Notes under the pieces: generated by a model | The model's input: only the letters and a program-made list of their open reading frames with translations | Databases searched by the model: none | What the model was told of the DNA's origin: nothing | Assembly: GCA_011192125.1 (NCBI GenBank) | Contig: DUEL01000005.1 | Span: 1,512-65,511, forward strand | Length of the DNA stretch: 64,000 nt | Reading direction: 5' to 3' | DNA from: Thermoflexia bacterium | GTDB lineage: Bacteria; Chloroflexota; Anaerolineae; B4-G1; DUEL01 | Program-made: the position numbers and the translations under genes | Shown here: one piece after another, positions 8,765-18,578 of the stretch | Layout of the letters: each line of letters opens with the position of its first letter | Numbering within the stretch: the first letter of the stretch is position 1

Positions 8765-10544
8765 CCGCGTTGTCATCATTCCGGCGTCCCTGACCGTGCG
8801 TGAGCTGGCCCAGTTGCTGGACGTGAGCCCCATCGACGTGATCAAAGAACTGATGAACAACGGCATCATGGCTCACATCAACCAGCAGATCGATTACGAC
8901 ACGGCGGCGATCGTCGCAGCGGAGATGGGGTTCGAACCCCAGGAAGAGACCCCGCCGGAGGTTGAAGAAGCGGAGGCGGAGGGCCCCACCACCCTCTGGG
9001 AACGGCTGTACGCAGGGGAGGACCCCTCCAAACTGCGTCCCCGTCCCCCCGTCGTCACCATCCTGGGCCATGTAGACCACGGCAAGACCTCCCTGCTGGA
9101 CGCGATCCGACAGACCAACGTGGTGGCTTCCGAGGCTGGGGGGATCACCCAGCACATCGGCGCCTACCAGGTCCAGCACCAGGGGCGGACCATCACCTTC
9201 CTCGACACGCCAGGTCACGAAGCGTTCACGGCGATGCGCGCCCGTGGCGCCCAGACCACCGACATCGCCGTCCTGGTCGTCGCCGCCGACGACGGGGTGA
9301 TGCCCCAGACCATCGAGGCCATCAACCACGCCCGGGCCGCCCGCGTCCCCATCATCGTCGCCCTGAACAAGATCGACAAGCCCAACGCCCAGCCCGACCG
9401 GGTCAAGCAGCAACTGAGCGAACTGGGCCTCACCCCGGACGATTGGGGCGGGAACACGCTCTGTGTCCCCGTCTCGGCCAAGCAGCGGATCGGGCTGGAG
9501 GATCTGCTGGAAGCGATCCTCCTGGTGGCGGACGAACAGAACATCCGCGCCAACCCCGATCGACCGGCGGTCGGCACGATCCTGGAGGGTCACCTGGACC
9601 GCACCCGAGGCCCCTCTGCCACCGTGCTGGTCCAGAATGGGACGCTCCGCATCGGGGACGCCATCGTCGCTGGCACCGTGTACGGACGGGTCCGGCAGAT
9701 GCTGGACGACAACGGTAAGCCGATCAAGGAAGCCCCGCCCTCCACACCCGTGCTGGTGTTGGGCCTCTCCGACGTCCCCGTCGCGGGAGACATTTTTGAG
9801 GTCGTGAAAGACGAGCGGACCGCCCGCGCTATCGCCGAGAAGCGGAAGGAGGAACAACAGGTCAGGGCCGCAGCCCCCGCTATGCTGACCCTGGACGACC
9901 TCTCCGCCCGCATCCGCGAGGGAGAGGTCAAGGAACTGAACCTCATCCTCAAGGCGGACGTACAAGGATCTATCGAGCCGATCCTCTCCTCGCTGGAGAA
10001 ACTGGGCGGTGAGGACCTGCGGATCAACGTCATCCACGCCGCCCCCGGTAACATCACCGAGTCGGACGTCAACCTGGCGATCGCCTCCAAAGCGATCATC
10101 ATCGGCTTCCAGGTCACGGTGGATCCCGCCGCCCGGCGGTTGGCGGAGAGCGAGGGAGTGGACATCCGTCTCTACGACGTCATCTACAAACTGATCGACG
10201 AGATGGAGATGGCCCTCAAGGGCCTCCTAGAACCTGCATACGTGGAGAAGGTCATCGGCAAGGCGGAGGTCCGCGCCACGTTCGACATCCCCAAGATCGG
10301 CCGTGTGGCCGGCTGCTACATCCTCGAGGGCGTCGCTCGCCGCAACGCCCGGGCCCGGGTCTTCCGCGGGGAGGAGCAGATCTACGACGGCTACGTCGCC
10401 TCCCTCAAGCGGTTCGCCAAGGACGCGCGGGAGGTGCGCACGGGCTTCGAGTGCGGCGTGGGGCTGGAGAACTTCCACGACATCGAGGAGGGCGACATCA
10501 TCGAGTTCTACGTGATGGAACGGGAGGAACCCGCAACAGCCTGA
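8745..10544 (+). CDS. infB: Translation initiation factor IF-2 (short form, no long N-terminal region)
   Basis: GTPase motifs [25 protein letters not shown]; C-terminal beta-barrel domains. Confidence 0.9.
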   Translation: MGEKRNNRVVIIPASLTVRELAQLLDVSPIDVIKELMNNGIMAHINQQIDYDTAAIVAAEMGFEPQEETPPEVEEAEAEGPTTLWERLYAGEDPSKLRPRPPVVTILGHVDHGKTSLLDAIRQTNVVASEAGGITQHIGAYQVQHQGRTITFLDTPGHEAFTAMRARGAQTTDIAVLVVAADDGVMPQTIEAINHARAARVPIIVALNKIDKPNAQPDRVKQQLSELGLTPDDWGGNTLCVPVSAKQRIGLEDLLEAILLVADEQNIRANPDRPAVGTILEGHLDRTRGPSATVLVQNGTLRIGDAIVAGTVYGRVRQMLDDNGKPIKEAPPSTPVLVLGLSDVPVAGDIFEVVKDERTARAIAEKRKEEQQVRAAAPAMLTLDDLSARIREGEVKELNLILKADVQGSIEPILSSLEKLGGEDLRINVIHAAPGNITESDVNLAIASKAIIIGFQVTVDPAARRLAESEGVDIRLYDVIYKLIDEMEMALKGLLEPAYVEKVIGKAEVRATFDIPKIGRVAGCYILEGVARRNARARVFRGEEQIYDGYVASLKRFAKDAREVRTGFECGVGLENFHDIEEGDIIEFYVMEREEPATA

Positions 10545-10580
10545 CAAGGGCCAAGCGAGCGACCGAGAAAGGATTGAACG

Positions 10581-10949
10581 ATGGGAAAGAAATACCGCGG
10601 ACGGGCTGCCGATCTGATCCAGACCCACCTGACCGACCTGCTGCAGACCCAGGTCAACGACCCACGCCTGTCGATGGTGACCATCACAGGGGTGGAAGTC
10701 ACCCCGGACACCCGTCGAGCGGACGTTTACATCACGGCCCTGGGAGGCCCCGACACGAAAGAAGAGGTGCTAGCCGGCCTGCAGAGCGCGGCCGGTTTCC
10801 TGCGCCGTGAACTCGGCCACCGGATCCGCCTCCGCAACACACCGGAACTGATCTTTCACTGGGACGAATCGTTCGAACGTGGAGAGCGGATCGACCTCTT
10901 GCTCGAGCAAATCAAAGATGATCTCGCCGGGGAACCTGAGGCAGAGTAG
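10581..10949 (+). CDS. rbfA: Ribosome-binding factor A
   Basis: Conserved position after infB; the N-terminal ~60 residues fit the RbfA family. Confidence 0.85.
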   Translation: MGKKYRGRAADLIQTHLTDLLQTQVNDPRLSMVTITGVEVTPDTRRADVYITALGGPDTKEEVLAGLQSAAGFLRRELGHRIRLRNTPELIFHWDESFERGERIDLLLEQIKDDLAGEPEAE

Positions 10950-10956
10950 CCACCTG

Positions 10957-11931
10957 TTGAGCGAGACACAACGTCCGCTCCTGGTGACCCACGTCGCGCC
11001 CGACGGAGACGCCATCGGCAGTCTATTGGGCCTGGGGTGGACGCTGCTTGCCCAGGGCAAATCCCCTACCCTGGCCTGCCAAGACGTCCTCCCACGCCGA
11101 TTCGCCTTCCTCCCCGGCTTCGAGAAGGTGGTCCAGGACCCTCCACCCGGCCCTTACGACCTGCTGATCGTCCTCGACTGCTCGGATCTGGACCGGATCG
11201 GGCAGATCGGCGAGGTCGTCGGCCGGGACCTGCCCCTTCTCAACATCGACCACCACGTCACCAACACCCGCTTCGGGACCGTCGATCTGGTGGCGGAGGA
11301 CGCGGTCTCCACCACCCACCTCCTCTACCACCTCCTCCAGCGGCTGAACTACTCCCTCGACGAACGGATCGCCACCTGCCTGCTGACCGGCCTGGTCACC
11401 GACACCCGGGGGTTCCGCACCGCCAACGTGACCCCTGAGATCCTCCGCATCGCGGTCGAACTGATGGAGGCTGGCGCGCCGCTCACCACGATCACCCGCA
11501 ACGGGCTGGACCGGCGGCCCCTCGCCGCGCTGCGACTCTGGGGAGCAGGCCTGGCCCGCCTCCAGTCGGCGAACGGGATCGTCTGGACCACCCTGCCCGT
11601 CTCCGTCCAGCAGACGATCGGCCACGACGGATACGGGGACGCCGGCCTGGCGAACCTCCTCATCAGCGCGGAGGAAGCGAAGGTGTCCGTCGTCTTCACC
11701 GAGCAGCCCGACGGAGAGGTCGAGGTCGGTTTCCGTGCCACCCCCGGCTTCGACGTCTCCCGCATCGCACTCCAGTTGGGCGGAGGCGGGCACGCCCTCG
11801 CCGCCGGTTGCCGGGTCCCCGGCCCCCTGGAGGAGGCCCAGCGGCGGGTCCTCGCCCTCCTGCGGGAAGACCTAGCCCGCCAGCGACAACAGGTCTCGCC
11901 CGATGATAAACGGCATCCTCAACCTGAATAA
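10957..11931 (+). CDS. nrnA: DHH-family phosphoesterase NrnA (oligoribonuclease/pAp phosphatase). Start uncertain: TTG at 10957, or ATG at 10879/10918 overlapping rbfA.
   Basis: HVAPDGDAIGS, DHH motif (IDHHVTN), DHHA1 GGGH. Confidence 0.7.
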   Translation: MSETQRPLLVTHVAPDGDAIGSLLGLGWTLLAQGKSPTLACQDVLPRRFAFLPGFEKVVQDPPPGPYDLLIVLDCSDLDRIGQIGEVVGRDLPLLNIDHHVTNTRFGTVDLVAEDAVSTTHLLYHLLQRLNYSLDERIATCLLTGLVTDTRGFRTANVTPEILRIAVELMEAGAPLTTITRNGLDRRPLAALRLWGAGLARLQSANGIVWTTLPVSVQQTIGHDGYGDAGLANLLISAEEAKVSVVFTEQPDGEVEVGFRATPGFDVSRIALQLGGGGHALAAGCRVPGPLEEAQRRVLALLREDLARQRQQVSPDDKRHPQPE

Positions 11932-12769
11932 GCCGCGAGGGATGACGTCGCACGACGTCGTGGATCGGGTGCGGGCGGTGGCCAAACAGCGGCGCGTTGG
12001 CCACGCGGGAACCCTGGACCCGATGGCGACGGGGGTTCTCCTGGTCTGCCTGGGCCGCGCCACCCGCCTCGCCGAGTACCTGATGGCTTCCCCGAAGACC
12101 TACCGTGCCCGCATCCGCCTCGGCATCGCCACCGACACCTACGACGCCGAGGGACAGGTGGTGGAGGAGCGGCCGGTGGAGGTCGCCCGCGCCGACGTGG
12201 AGGCCGCTCTCGACCGGTTTCGCGGGCGCATCCTCCAGGTCCCCCCGATGTACTCCGCCATCAAGCGGAAGGGGCAGCCCCTGTACCGGCTGGCGCGACA
12301 GGGGATCACGGTGGAACGGGAGCCGCGGCCGGTGGAGATCTACGAACTCCGGCTGACCGGATGGGAGCCGCCCGACCTGACGCTGGAGATCACCTGCTCG
12401 CCGGGAACCTACGTCCGCTCCTTAGCCCACGACCTGGGCCAGGTACTGGGATGCGGGGCCCACCTGGCTGGCCTCGTCCGCCTGGCGAGCGGCGACTTCC
12501 GTCTGGAGGACGCCGTTCCCCTGGAGGAACTGACCCCCGACCGGCTACCGGAGGTGCTGTTGCCGCCGGATGCTGCCCTCCGTCGCTACCCGGCGCTCCA
12601 TCTGGACGGGCAGACCGCGCGGGCGGTGCGCTCAGGCCGGGCCATCGCTGGCCCCCCTCCCGAGGGGGAGCCCCTGGCCCGCGCCTACGGTCCCGACGGC
12701 TCCTTCCTCGCCGTCCTGGAATACCAGCCCGATCGGGGTGTCTGGCACCCCCGCAAAGTCTTCGCCTAG
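11903..12769 (+). CDS. truB: tRNA pseudouridine(55) synthase
   Basis: GILNLNKPRGMTSHDVV...GHAGTLDPMATGVL catalytic-Asp motif. Confidence 0.9.
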   Translation: MINGILNLNKPRGMTSHDVVDRVRAVAKQRRVGHAGTLDPMATGVLLVCLGRATRLAEYLMASPKTYRARIRLGIATDTYDAEGQVVEERPVEVARADVEAALDRFRGRILQVPPMYSAIKRKGQPLYRLARQGITVEREPRPVEIYELRLTGWEPPDLTLEITCSPGTYVRSLAHDLGQVLGCGAHLAGLVRLASGDFRLEDAVPLEELTPDRLPEVLLPPDAALRRYPALHLDGQTARAVRSGRAIAGPPPEGEPLARAYGPDGSFLAVLEYQPDRGVWHPRKVFA

Positions 12770-12780
12770 GCAGGTCGACG

Positions 12781-13728
12781 ATGCAGATCGTTCGCCACCT
12801 GGAAGACGCCCAACTTTCCCGCCCCTCGTTCCTCACCATCGGGGCATTCGACGGCATCCACCGGGGCCACCAGCATCTGATCGGCTCGATGGCCCGCGCC
12901 GCCCACGATGCCGGCCGGGAGGCGGTGGTGCTGACCTTCGATCCCCATCCCGGCGTCGTGCTGGGCCGCACGCCGGTGGCCGCCCTCTCCACGCTGGAGG
13001 AACGGGCCGCTCAGATCGAGGCCCTGGAGGTCGACCTGCTGGTCGTCCTCCGCTTCACCCCCGCGATGGCGGGGCTGCCGGCGGTCCGCTTCGTGAGGAA
13101 ACTCCGCCAGCACCTGAAGATGATCGAACTCTGGGTCGGGCCGGACTTCGCGTTGGGGCACCGACGAGAGGGGAACGTCCCCTTCCTCAAGGAACTGGGG
13201 GCCCGGGAGGGGTTCACCGTCCGCGTGGTGGAGCCGCTCCGCTGGCGGGGCGAGGTGGTCAGCAGCACCCGTATCCGCGCTGCCCTCACCGCTGGCGACA
13301 TTGAGGAGGCCAACGGATGCCTCGGCCGACCCTACCACCTGGTCGGCACCGTGGTCCACGGGCGCGGCCTGGGCCGCCAACTGGGGTTCCCTACCGCCAA
13401 CCTGGAACCCCCGCCCGGTCGCTTGATCCCGGCCAACGGAGTGTACGCCGCGCTGGCACACACGGAGCGGGAAGGAACCTGGCCCGCCGTGGTCAACATC
13501 GGGGTGCGGCCCACCATCGCCGCCAACCACCTCACGGTGGAGGCGCACCTGCTGGATTTCGACGGGGACTTGTACGACCAGCAGTTGGGGCTGGACTTCA
13601 TCGCCCGCCTGCGGGACGAGATGGCCTTTCCCAGCCTGAACGCGCTGGTCGATCAGATCCGGCGGGACATCGAACAGGCCCGCCAGGTCCTGGCTTCCCA
13701 CGAGGTCGACCGTGCGCATTGGGATTGA
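12781..13728 (+). CDS. ribF: Bifunctional riboflavin kinase / FMN adenylyltransferase
   Basis: GAFDGIHRGHQ nucleotidyltransferase motif; riboflavin kinase C-terminal half (GFPTANL). Confidence 0.9.
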   Translation: MQIVRHLEDAQLSRPSFLTIGAFDGIHRGHQHLIGSMARAAHDAGREAVVLTFDPHPGVVLGRTPVAALSTLEERAAQIEALEVDLLVVLRFTPAMAGLPAVRFVRKLRQHLKMIELWVGPDFALGHRREGNVPFLKELGAREGFTVRVVEPLRWRGEVVSSTRIRAALTAGDIEEANGCLGRPYHLVGTVVHGRGLGRQLGFPTANLEPPPGRLIPANGVYAALAHTEREGTWPAVVNIGVRPTIAANHLTVEAHLLDFDGDLYDQQLGLDFIARLRDEMAFPSLNALVDQIRRDIEQARQVLASHEVDRAHWD

Positions 13729-14827
13729 CGCCCGCATCCTCGGCTACCGACAGGGTGGCATCGCTCAGTACGTCCTTCACCTCCTCGCCGCCTTGTGCAC
13801 CATCGACCGCGCGACCGACTACTACGTCCTCCACAGCCGTCGCGAACGGAACCGACGCCGATTCGGTCCCAATTTCCACCCTGTGACCCTGTGGACCCCC
13901 CCGCACCACCGGCTGGAACGATGGGCGCTGGGCGCAGAGATCGCCCGGCTACGATTGGACCTGCTCCACAGCCCCGATTTCATCCCGCCCGCCCTCGGCG
14001 CCCGACGGTTCGTCATCACCGTCCACGACCTGAACTTTGTCTATTACCCTCAGTTTCTCACCGCCGAGAGCCGCCGGTATTACGCCGGTCAGATCGAATG
14101 GGCCGTGCGCCGGGCCCACCACATCCTGACCATCTCCGAGACCACCCGCCAGGACCTCCTCCGCCTGCTGGACGTGCCGCCGGAGAAGGTCACCACTGTC
14201 TATCTGGCCGCCGATCCTGCTTTCCGCCCCCTTCCCCTATCGACGGTCCAGACGACGCTCGCCAGATACAGCCTGGAGCCCGGCTACCTCCTCTTCGTCG
14301 GCACGCTGGAGCCTCGGAAGAACCTCCCCGGCCTGTTCGCCGCCTACCGGTTGCTGCTCGACCGGAAGATAACCGAGGCCCCGCTGGTCGTCGTGGGGGG
14401 ACGTGGATGGCTATATGAAGGAATCTTCGCCGCCGTGGAGGACATGGCTTTGGGCGACCGGGTCCGCTTCCTGGAGGGGGTGCCCAGCGCCGACCTGCCA
14501 GCCCTTTACAACGGGGCCGTCCTCCTGGCACTTCCTTCGTTCTACGAGGGCTTCGGCCTGACGGCGCTGGAGGCGATGGCCTGTGGGACCCCGGTCGTCG
14601 TCTCCGACCGGGGCGCTCTACCCGAAGTCGTCGGCGAAGCGGGGGTGCGGGTGGATCCCGAGGACGTGGAAGGGATCGCCGAGGGAATGGCAACCCTGCT
14701 GAGCGACCCCAGACTTCGGGAACAGTTGGTGGCAATGGGAAGAGCCCGCGCCGCCGAGTTAACGTGGGAGAAGACCGCCCACGGGACATTGGACGTTTAC
14801 CGGCGGGTCCTCGGATGGGCCCCGTAG
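13712..14827 (+). CDS. GT4-family glycosyltransferase (GTG start)
   Basis: GT-B fold; E..E/GFGLTALEAMACGTPVV motif. Confidence 0.8.
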   Translation: MRIGIDARILGYRQGGIAQYVLHLLAALCTIDRATDYYVLHSRRERNRRRFGPNFHPVTLWTPPHHRLERWALGAEIARLRLDLLHSPDFIPPALGARRFVITVHDLNFVYYPQFLTAESRRYYAGQIEWAVRRAHHILTISETTRQDLLRLLDVPPEKVTTVYLAADPAFRPLPLSTVQTTLARYSLEPGYLLFVGTLEPRKNLPGLFAAYRLLLDRKITEAPLVVVGGRGWLYEGIFAAVEDMALGDRVRFLEGVPSADLPALYNGAVLLALPSFYEGFGLTALEAMACGTPVVVSDRGALPEVVGEAGVRVDPEDVEGIAEGMATLLSDPRLREQLVAMGRARAAELTWEKTAHGTLDVYRRVLGWAP

Positions 14828-14941
14828 TCTGGGGAAGCAGGGAAGCGAGGATGCAATCGAGGGGCAAGGGGGAACCTTTTCGGGTCCGGCTGCGTCTATA
14901 TGTTTAGGGAACGTAGATATTTCAGGTAAGGAGGGGGCAAG

Positions 14942-15721
14942 ATGGGACCTCGATGGGCGTTTGTCGGTATCCTCATAGCCGGTTTTCTGGCGGGTCTGGC
15001 GACGGGCTGTGAGGCCACCCCTACAATTGTCCAGCCACAGGCCGGTGGCGAAGAAGGCGTGTCCCCTGAGAAAGGTGTATCCCCTTTGGGAACTCCCTTC
15101 CCGTTGAGGGGGATATCCCCTCTTTCGCCTCCCCCCACCCCGCTACCAACGATCGTGGTGACGGGAGAACCGGAGGTCGATCTGATGACTCAAGAGGAAG
15201 CCATCGCGCTGGCGAAACGGACCCTGGCCGAACAGTTGAACGTCGATGAAGCAACGATCGAAGTCGTCTGGGCCGGGCGCGTCACCTGGTCCGACACCAG
15301 CCTGGGCTGTCCCGAGAAGGGGAAGATGTACGCCCAGGTCCTCACGCCGGGCTACCAGGTACTTCTCCGGGTAGAAGGGAAGGATTACGAAGTTCACACC
15401 GGCGGTGGGCGGGCAGTGGTCTGCGAAGCGGGTCAGGGTCGCGTCCCTCCTATGGACAAGGCCCAGGCCGCTGGGCGGGCCTACGAACTGGTCCGTGAGG
15501 ACCTGGCACGCCGGTTAGGCGTACCCGCGGCGGAGATCAAGCCCCGCCTCATCCAGCCGACCACCTGGCCCGACGGCAGCCTCGGCTGCCCCCAGCCCGG
15601 TGAGACCTACCCTCAGACCCCCACGGAGGGGTTCATCATCCTTTTGGAGTACCAGGGCGTGACCTACGAGTACCACTCCGACGGGGAACGGTTCGTCCTA
15701 TGCTCCTCACCCTCACCATAA
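14942..15721 (+). CDS. Secreted/lipoprotein-like hypothetical with an internally duplicated ~90-aa Cys-pair domain
   Basis: Signal peptide plus GC lipobox-like site; two copies of W..(S/G)SLGCP..G..Y.Q.....(L/I)LL.......YE.H..G.R.V.C. Confidence 0.5.
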   Translation: MGPRWAFVGILIAGFLAGLATGCEATPTIVQPQAGGEEGVSPEKGVSPLGTPFPLRGISPLSPPPTPLPTIVVTGEPEVDLMTQEEAIALAKRTLAEQLNVDEATIEVVWAGRVTWSDTSLGCPEKGKMYAQVLTPGYQVLLRVEGKDYEVHTGGGRAVVCEAGQGRVPPMDKAQAAGRAYELVREDLARRLGVPAAEIKPRLIQPTTWPDGSLGCPQPGETYPQTPTEGFIILLEYQGVTYEYHSDGERFVLCSSPSP

Positions 15722-15725
15722 CCGT

Positions 15726-15748
15726 AGTTTCACCGCAGAGGCACCGAT
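15726..15748. repeat. Family-A repeat, half copy (left arm only)
   Basis: tttcaccgcagaggcaccgatc. Confidence 0.4.
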
Positions 15749-15853
15749 CAATTCAACGGCCGTCCGGTCCGGTGTAGACGGATAGCAGGCAAATGACAAA
15801 GAGGGGAGAGTTGAACTCTCCCCTCTTCGGTTCCGTGGGCGGATTCGGTCAGG

Positions 15854-18157
15854 CTACTCGAGGGTGAGATACAGCCTGTAGAAGTCCCGTGCGTACATCT
15901 CATATCCCTCAATGTAGACCCACCAGGTGCCTGCCGCGGGGCTCTCGATCACCGCCCGCTCCGGTGCGTTGCCGCTGACCCCATCTACGGAGGCCAGGTT
16001 GAAGTCGGGATCGAGGATGAACATGTCGATGTCGCTAGTGGGGAACTTGCTCCAGTCGCGATGCCACACCAGATCGAAGGTGGCGGTGCCCACCCCCTCC
16101 GGGATCTCCACCGGGATCAGGAACGCGTCGCCCATCTCGATGTAGCCCGTGGCGATGGGGTGGCGGAGCGGCTGACGGAAGTTCTCCCGCGTGATGCGGA
16201 CCCGGAAACTGACCGGCGCCTCGTTGGAGAAGTCGCCAATGAGGGAGAGCTTCATCAGCCCCGGCTCCATCGGCTGGTAGGTCCAGGGGATCCCCCAGAA
16301 GGTCCACGGCCCGTCCTCGACGACGATGTCGAAGGAGTCGCCGTACCAGAAGGGATACCAGTAGACCCCAATCGGATGCCGGAAGGCGGTCCGCTTCGCG
16401 CTCTGCAGATGGACCTCCAGGGCGTTGGGCCAGTAGGCGTAGGCGGAGTTATCGTCGGTGGTGATGTCGAACACCTCGATCGTCACCTTGCTGGTGTACC
16501 GGTTAACCTCGAAAACGGCGTCGAACGACTCGCTGGGGTTGAGGGTGATGACATCACTCTCCCACACGTCCACCCTGCCCTTCCCGGCCCGCGGCAGCAC
16601 GACGTTGAGATCGGCATACCTGAGGAACGGCACGTACCCCCACGACTTTTCCTTGAGGATCTGAAGGGCGCGCATAGCGTCCACGGCACCCCATCCCATG
16701 TCGTTGATATCCCGCCAAGGCTCTGCCACCGCGTTCGGGTTGGCTCCCTTGAGCAGGACTGCGCGGAACACCAGCGGGTTGGTTTCCCTGCCCTCGGTGT
16801 TCTCCCAGTAGGCGTTGAGCAACGCCGCGACACCGGCTACTGTGGGCGAGGAGAAGGAGGTTCCACCAGCCCAGCGGAGTTCGTTCTCCGGTCCCGCGGC
16901 AAAGTTCCACAGGCCCAGCGCGCTGATGTCCGGCCCGGCCCGCCCGTCGCTCAACGGACCGCGGCTGGAGAAGTTCGCCACGCGGGTCTCGTCCGTAGGA
17001 CGCATCACCATTCCCATACCGGGTCCCTCGTCACCGTTGAAGGGGACACCGTCTACTCCCCGGGTAAGACCGAGGTATTCGTAGAGGACCCGAGACGAGG
17101 GGGCGTAGTCCAGCGCGCCCACGCTGACCGAGTCATATGAAGTCGCGGGCGAACCGACGGAGTTGGGGATCGGCCCCTCGTTCCCCGCAGAGGTGACCAC
17201 CAGGATGTTGGCCGCCTTCAACTCCCGGATGAAGAGGTCGAAAGTGTCCCGCCCGTCGAAGAGGGTCGGGCCGCCGAGGCTCATATTGACGATGTCGATG
17301 TCCAGCAGCCCATCCTTCTTCAAGGTCAAGACGTGATCCAGGCCGTCCAGGATGACCGAGGTGGGCACCCCGCTGCCGTCCTGGGGGAAGACCTTGACCG
17401 GGTACAGGCTTGCCCCGGGGGCCTGCCCAAGGATGGGCACGAAGTCCGGGGGCCAGGGGAGGTACGTGGAGATCGCCTGGTAGAGCGGATTGGTCGGGTC
17501 TTCAAAACCGAGCGCACAGGCAGAGGCGATCACTCCACCAACGTGCGTCCCGTGCCAGTGGTTGCTCGGATCGGTGGCCGGGACTCCGTCGCCGGTGGCG
17601 TTGTAGCCATCGGGGAAACCCGGCGCGCCGATCACAGCGTGCGAGAGGCACACGTTCGGCGTGACCCCCGTATCGACCACGGCGACAACCGTGCCCGCCC
17701 CGTAGTCCGTCGCCTCCCAGACACCGATCGCACCGGTGTATAGGAAGTTGACGTACCCCTCCGGCAAGGCCTCCACGTCGATGGAGAGCGGATCAACCGC
17801 TTGGATATCGACCCCTTCCATCGCTTCCACCGTGTACTCGAGAGGATGCACATCGTCGCCAACGTCGTCCGGCAGATAGACCATCTCATCCTTCTCGATC
17901 AGGGTCACGCCGGGGAACCCCGCCAGGGCCCTCGTCTGATCCACAGGGACGCTCGCAGCGACGACCGGCACGTTCTTATACCGGAAACTGACCGTCCCTC
18001 CGATCGAGACGATGAAATCCAGCAGGGCGTCCACCGAGCCGTCGGTCTGGATCAAGAGATCGATCGTCTCTCCCCCGCCCCCCGCCAGCGCTACAGAGGG
18101 GGTCCACAGGCCGATGAGCAACGCGAGTAGAACAACGGCATACCCCATCCTTCTCAT
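15854..18157 (-). CDS. Secreted S8-family (subtilisin-like) serine peptidase with C-terminal extension domains
   Basis: Catalytic triad motifs VVAVVDTG, HGTHVGGVIAS, GTSFSSPTVAGVAALL. Signal peptide MRRMGYAVVLLALLIGLW; start chosen at that Met. Confidence 0.85.
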   Translation of the reverse strand: MRRMGYAVVLLALLIGLWTPSVALAGGGGETIDLLIQTDGSVDALLDFIVSIGGTVSFRYKNVPVVAASVPVDQTRALAGFPGVTLIEKDEMVYLPDDVGDDVHPLEYTVEAMEGVDIQAVDPLSIDVEALPEGYVNFLYTGAIGVWEATDYGAGTVVAVVDTGVTPNVCLSHAVIGAPGFPDGYNATGDGVPATDPSNHWHGTHVGGVIASACALGFEDPTNPLYQAISTYLPWPPDFVPILGQAPGASLYPVKVFPQDGSGVPTSVILDGLDHVLTLKKDGLLDIDIVNMSLGGPTLFDGRDTFDLFIRELKAANILVVTSAGNEGPIPNSVGSPATSYDSVSVGALDYAPSSRVLYEYLGLTRGVDGVPFNGDEGPGMGMVMRPTDETRVANFSSRGPLSDGRAGPDISALGLWNFAAGPENELRWAGGTSFSSPTVAGVAALLNAYWENTEGRETNPLVFRAVLLKGANPNAVAEPWRDINDMGWGAVDAMRALQILKEKSWGYVPFLRYADLNVVLPRAGKGRVDVWESDVITLNPSESFDAVFEVNRYTSKVTIEVFDITTDDNSAYAYWPNALEVHLQSAKRTAFRHPIGVYWYPFWYGDSFDIVVEDGPWTFWGIPWTYQPMEPGLMKLSLIGDFSNEAPVSFRVRITRENFRQPLRHPIATGYIEMGDAFLIPVEIPEGVGTATFDLVWHRDWSKFPTSDIDMFILDPDFNLASVDGVSGNAPERAVIESPAAGTWWVYIEGYEMYARDFYRLYLTLE

Positions 18158-18280
18158 TGCAAAGCCTCCTCCTTTCGCTAAGGTCCGATCGCTCGACACC
18201 AACCTGCATCCCCAAACGCTAACCTACCCCCCACCGCACCTCCTTTCCACCTTTGAGGTCCGCCCCGGAACCCCTTTTGA

Positions 18281-18345
18281 GGCTTCACATTATAGCACAA
18301 TTATAGCACAACTATGTCTGCATCTTTACGGATAATGTATTAAAA
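18281..18345. promoter_or_regulatory. AT-rich island with direct repeats ATTATAGCACA(A) x2, upstream of the SHMT-GcvT fusion gene
   Basis: cacattatagcacaattatagcacaactatg. Compositionally distinct from the ~68% GC surroundings. Confidence 0.3.
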
Positions 18346-18390
18346 ATTTCCTAAATCCCGTCCAGGTGCTCGCAACAGAAGGAGCTAACG

Positions 18391-18440
18391 GTGGTTTCCA
18401 TCGCAGAGATGCGGAGAGCACAGAGGCTTGTTGCAGCGCC
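18391..18440. repeat. Family-A repeat, partial copy
   Basis: catcgcagagatgcggagagcacagagg. Confidence 0.4.
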
Positions 18441-18506
18441 CCCTGCACCCTCCCGGTGACCCTGGTGTCCGGACTCTTGTCTCAACCTCAGCGCTCCACC
18501 TTGCCC

Positions 18507-18535
18507 CCTTTCCCCGCCGATGCTACAATATCGGC
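18507..18535 (+). promoter_or_regulatory. Putative promoter TTGCCC-N17-TACAAT for the SHMT-GcvT fusion gene
   Basis: 17-bp spacing; -10 TACAAT 44 nt upstream of the ATG; RBS AAGGAG at 18566. Confidence 0.4.
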
Positions 18536-18578
18536 GTTTCACACCATCTCACAATCCACCAACCGAAGGAGTTGCACG

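Noticed and set aside
6458-8869. 803-aa minus-strand ORF antisense to nusA/ylxR. Similar long antisense ORFs lie at 8253-10037, 19191-20939, 33612-34598, 36865-38241 and 43884-45653.
   Set aside because: They lie opposite well-supported conserved genes. Their translations are low-complexity and Arg/Gly/Pro-rich, typical of spurious open frames in high-GC DNA. They have no RBS or recognisable motifs.
12361-13728. 455-aa plus-strand ORF spanning the truB end and ribF
   Set aside because: The frame overlaps truB and only coincides with ribF from the ATG at 12781 onward. The real gene is ribF, 12781-13728.
18203-18578. Second glycine riboswitch upstream of the SHMT-GcvT fusion
   Set aside because: The GGAGAG found there belongs to a family-A repeat arm. 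No CACCGAAGGGGCAA-like core or second aptamer is present.
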